Positions 63,168 through 64,000 of a stretch of 64,000 nucleotides of DNA are shown piece after piece. A program made the translations under genes and the position numbers. Source of the DNA: a virus (lineage: Duplodnaviria; Heunggongvirae; Uroviricota; Caudoviricetes); the IMG/VR virus record IMGVR_UViG_3300009132_000002; one strand, given 5' to 3'. Within the stretch, counting starts at the first letter, position 1. Each line of letters opens with the position of its first letter. Below the pieces are notes generated by a model. It was not told where the DNA came from. It saw nothing but the letters and a program-made list of their open reading frames with translations, and searched no databases.

Positions 63168-63943
63168 TCAACTAATTCCCTCAATTGTTCCACATTCTCA
63201 CCTCTATTTGGAAGATGATCTTTTAAGAAGAAATGAACAAAGTGGCATTCTTTAATGCGAGTATTAGCAGTAAACAATCCGTTCCATCTCCAGTCCATAT
63301 TTTTAATTTTCATATTTTCTTCACGAATCCATGTATTTAATAGTGTTTGATCGGTAGACCATTTCCAAGCACCCATACCATCAACAAATGGTTTAAACTC
63401 TGGTCGCCGAATAAACTGTGTTGGAGTTTCTCCTCTTAGATATTTTTGGATCTTTTGGTTCATAACCATAATACCCATATTCATAAACTCAGCACCAAGA
63501 TTATTCCATTTCCAATCCACTTTCTTAATAGTCTGATATTGCATACGTGAATAGTTTGCAATCTTACCTTTATACTGATTTGTAATAGGCATCTCACGTT
63601 CCACAACACCACCAAAATCATACTGTGGTTCTAAATCATCAAAGATATTTGGAGCACCAGGACGAATCCATACATCAGCATCTACTATAGCTACTTGATC
63701 ATATGACTTAAGATATGAGAAGGCATTTTCTTTTTCATAGATTGGTAAGTAACCACCATGTTTTTCATATGATTCTCGGCTACGGTTTGTTACAAACACG
63801 TCTGGTTTAATCATGAGTATGGGAGTTTTTTGTACTTCGTGTACGATACCGTGTGCTTTACAGTATTCTGCTACTGAGTTAACACAATGGTCATAGAGTT
63901 TTGAACGCTTTCCAACGTACACCTGATAAATCAATCGTTTCAT
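63164..63943 (-). CDS. putative GT-A glycosyltransferase (DXD: IVDADVWI)
   Basis: ORF track; DxD motif; sigma70-like promoter at about 63975-64000 upstream. Confidence 0.45.
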   Translation of the reverse strand: MKRLIYQVYVGKRSKLYDHCVNSVAEYCKAHGIVHEVQKTPILMIKPDVFVTNRSRESYEKHGGYLPIYEKENAFSYLKSYDQVAIVDADVWIRPGAPNIFDDLEPQYDFGGVVEREMPITNQYKGKIANYSRMQYQTIKKVDWKWNNLGAEFMNMGIMVMNQKIQKYLRGETPTQFIRRPEFKPFVDGMGAWKWSTDQTLLNTWIREENMKIKNMDWRWNGLFTANTRIKECHFVHFFLKDHLPNRGENVEQLRELVE

Positions 63944-63969
63944 GACGAAATCATCCTATTATTTAATCT

Positions 63970-64000
63970 ATTATATACTATTATCTATATAATGTAAATA
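63970..64000 (-). promoter_or_regulatory. sigma70-type promoter (TTTACA-N17-TATAAT) in front of the glycosylation-cluster genes
   Basis: Minus strand ATTTACATTATATAGATAATAGTATATAAT. Confidence 0.45.

Noticed and set aside
1-64000. CRISPR arrays, integrase/transposase genes, rRNA
   Set aside because: No regularly spaced direct repeats, no recombinase-like ORFs and no rRNA-like sequence were seen anywhere in the window.

Overview
This window is a segment of a T4-like (Tevenvirinae/Straboviridae-type) myovirus genome. It is AT-rich, and almost every gene lies on the minus strand. All calls below come from reading the sequence and ORF translations by eye; no searches or folding were run.

Layout:
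- 1 to 13.5 kb: a DNA replication/recombination and late-transcription module. It contains RegA, gp62-like, DexA, gp44 clamp loader, gp45 clamp, gp46/gp47 (Rad50/Mre11-like), gp55 late sigma factor, UvsW and UvsY. An unexpected ATP-dependent PEP carboxykinase (PckA) homolog sits between gp45 and gp46. The left end holds an Hsp20 and an ATP-synthase c-subunit-like proteolipid.
- 14.5 to 34 kb: the canonical T4 head/neck/tail block in T4 order, gp23, 22, 21, 20, 19, 18, 17, 16, 15, 14, 13. A 1930-aa fibre protein with a C-terminal intramolecular-chaperone domain and a 406-aa glycine-rich protein are inserted between the portal (gp20) and prohead-protease (gp21) genes.
- 34 to 43 kb: an 837-aa LamG-type fibre protein, then an accessory block with a HAD nucleotidase, an NlpC/P60 lipoprotein, a class-3 lipase, a glycine-zipper outer-membrane-like protein and a metallophosphoesterase.
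- 41.6 to 51.4 kb: a large tRNA island of about 30 tRNA genes, all on the minus strand. It is interrupted by an SPFH/band-7 lipoprotein operon and by several 200-450 nt non-coding spacers that carry tRNA-like fragments and long hairpins.
- 53.2 to 64 kb: a dense 18-gene sugar-nucleotide and glycosyltransferase cluster. It includes a clear UDP-sulfoquinovose synthase (SqdB/SQD1) homolog, a GalU/RmlA-type nucleotidyltransferase, a class-I aldolase-like protein, HAD phosphatases, two methyltransferases, three GT25-like paralogs, a GT42(CstII)-like protein and other DXD glycosyltransferases. This is the best candidate for a previously undescribed phage glycan or DNA-hypermodification system.

Regulation: a repeated sigma70-like early-promoter cassette (TTTTAGGGGTTTACA-N17-TAtAaT) and several T4 late promoters (TATAAATA) are visible.

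tRNA coordinates were folded by eye and may be off by a few nucleotides. Anticodon identities carry the confidences given.
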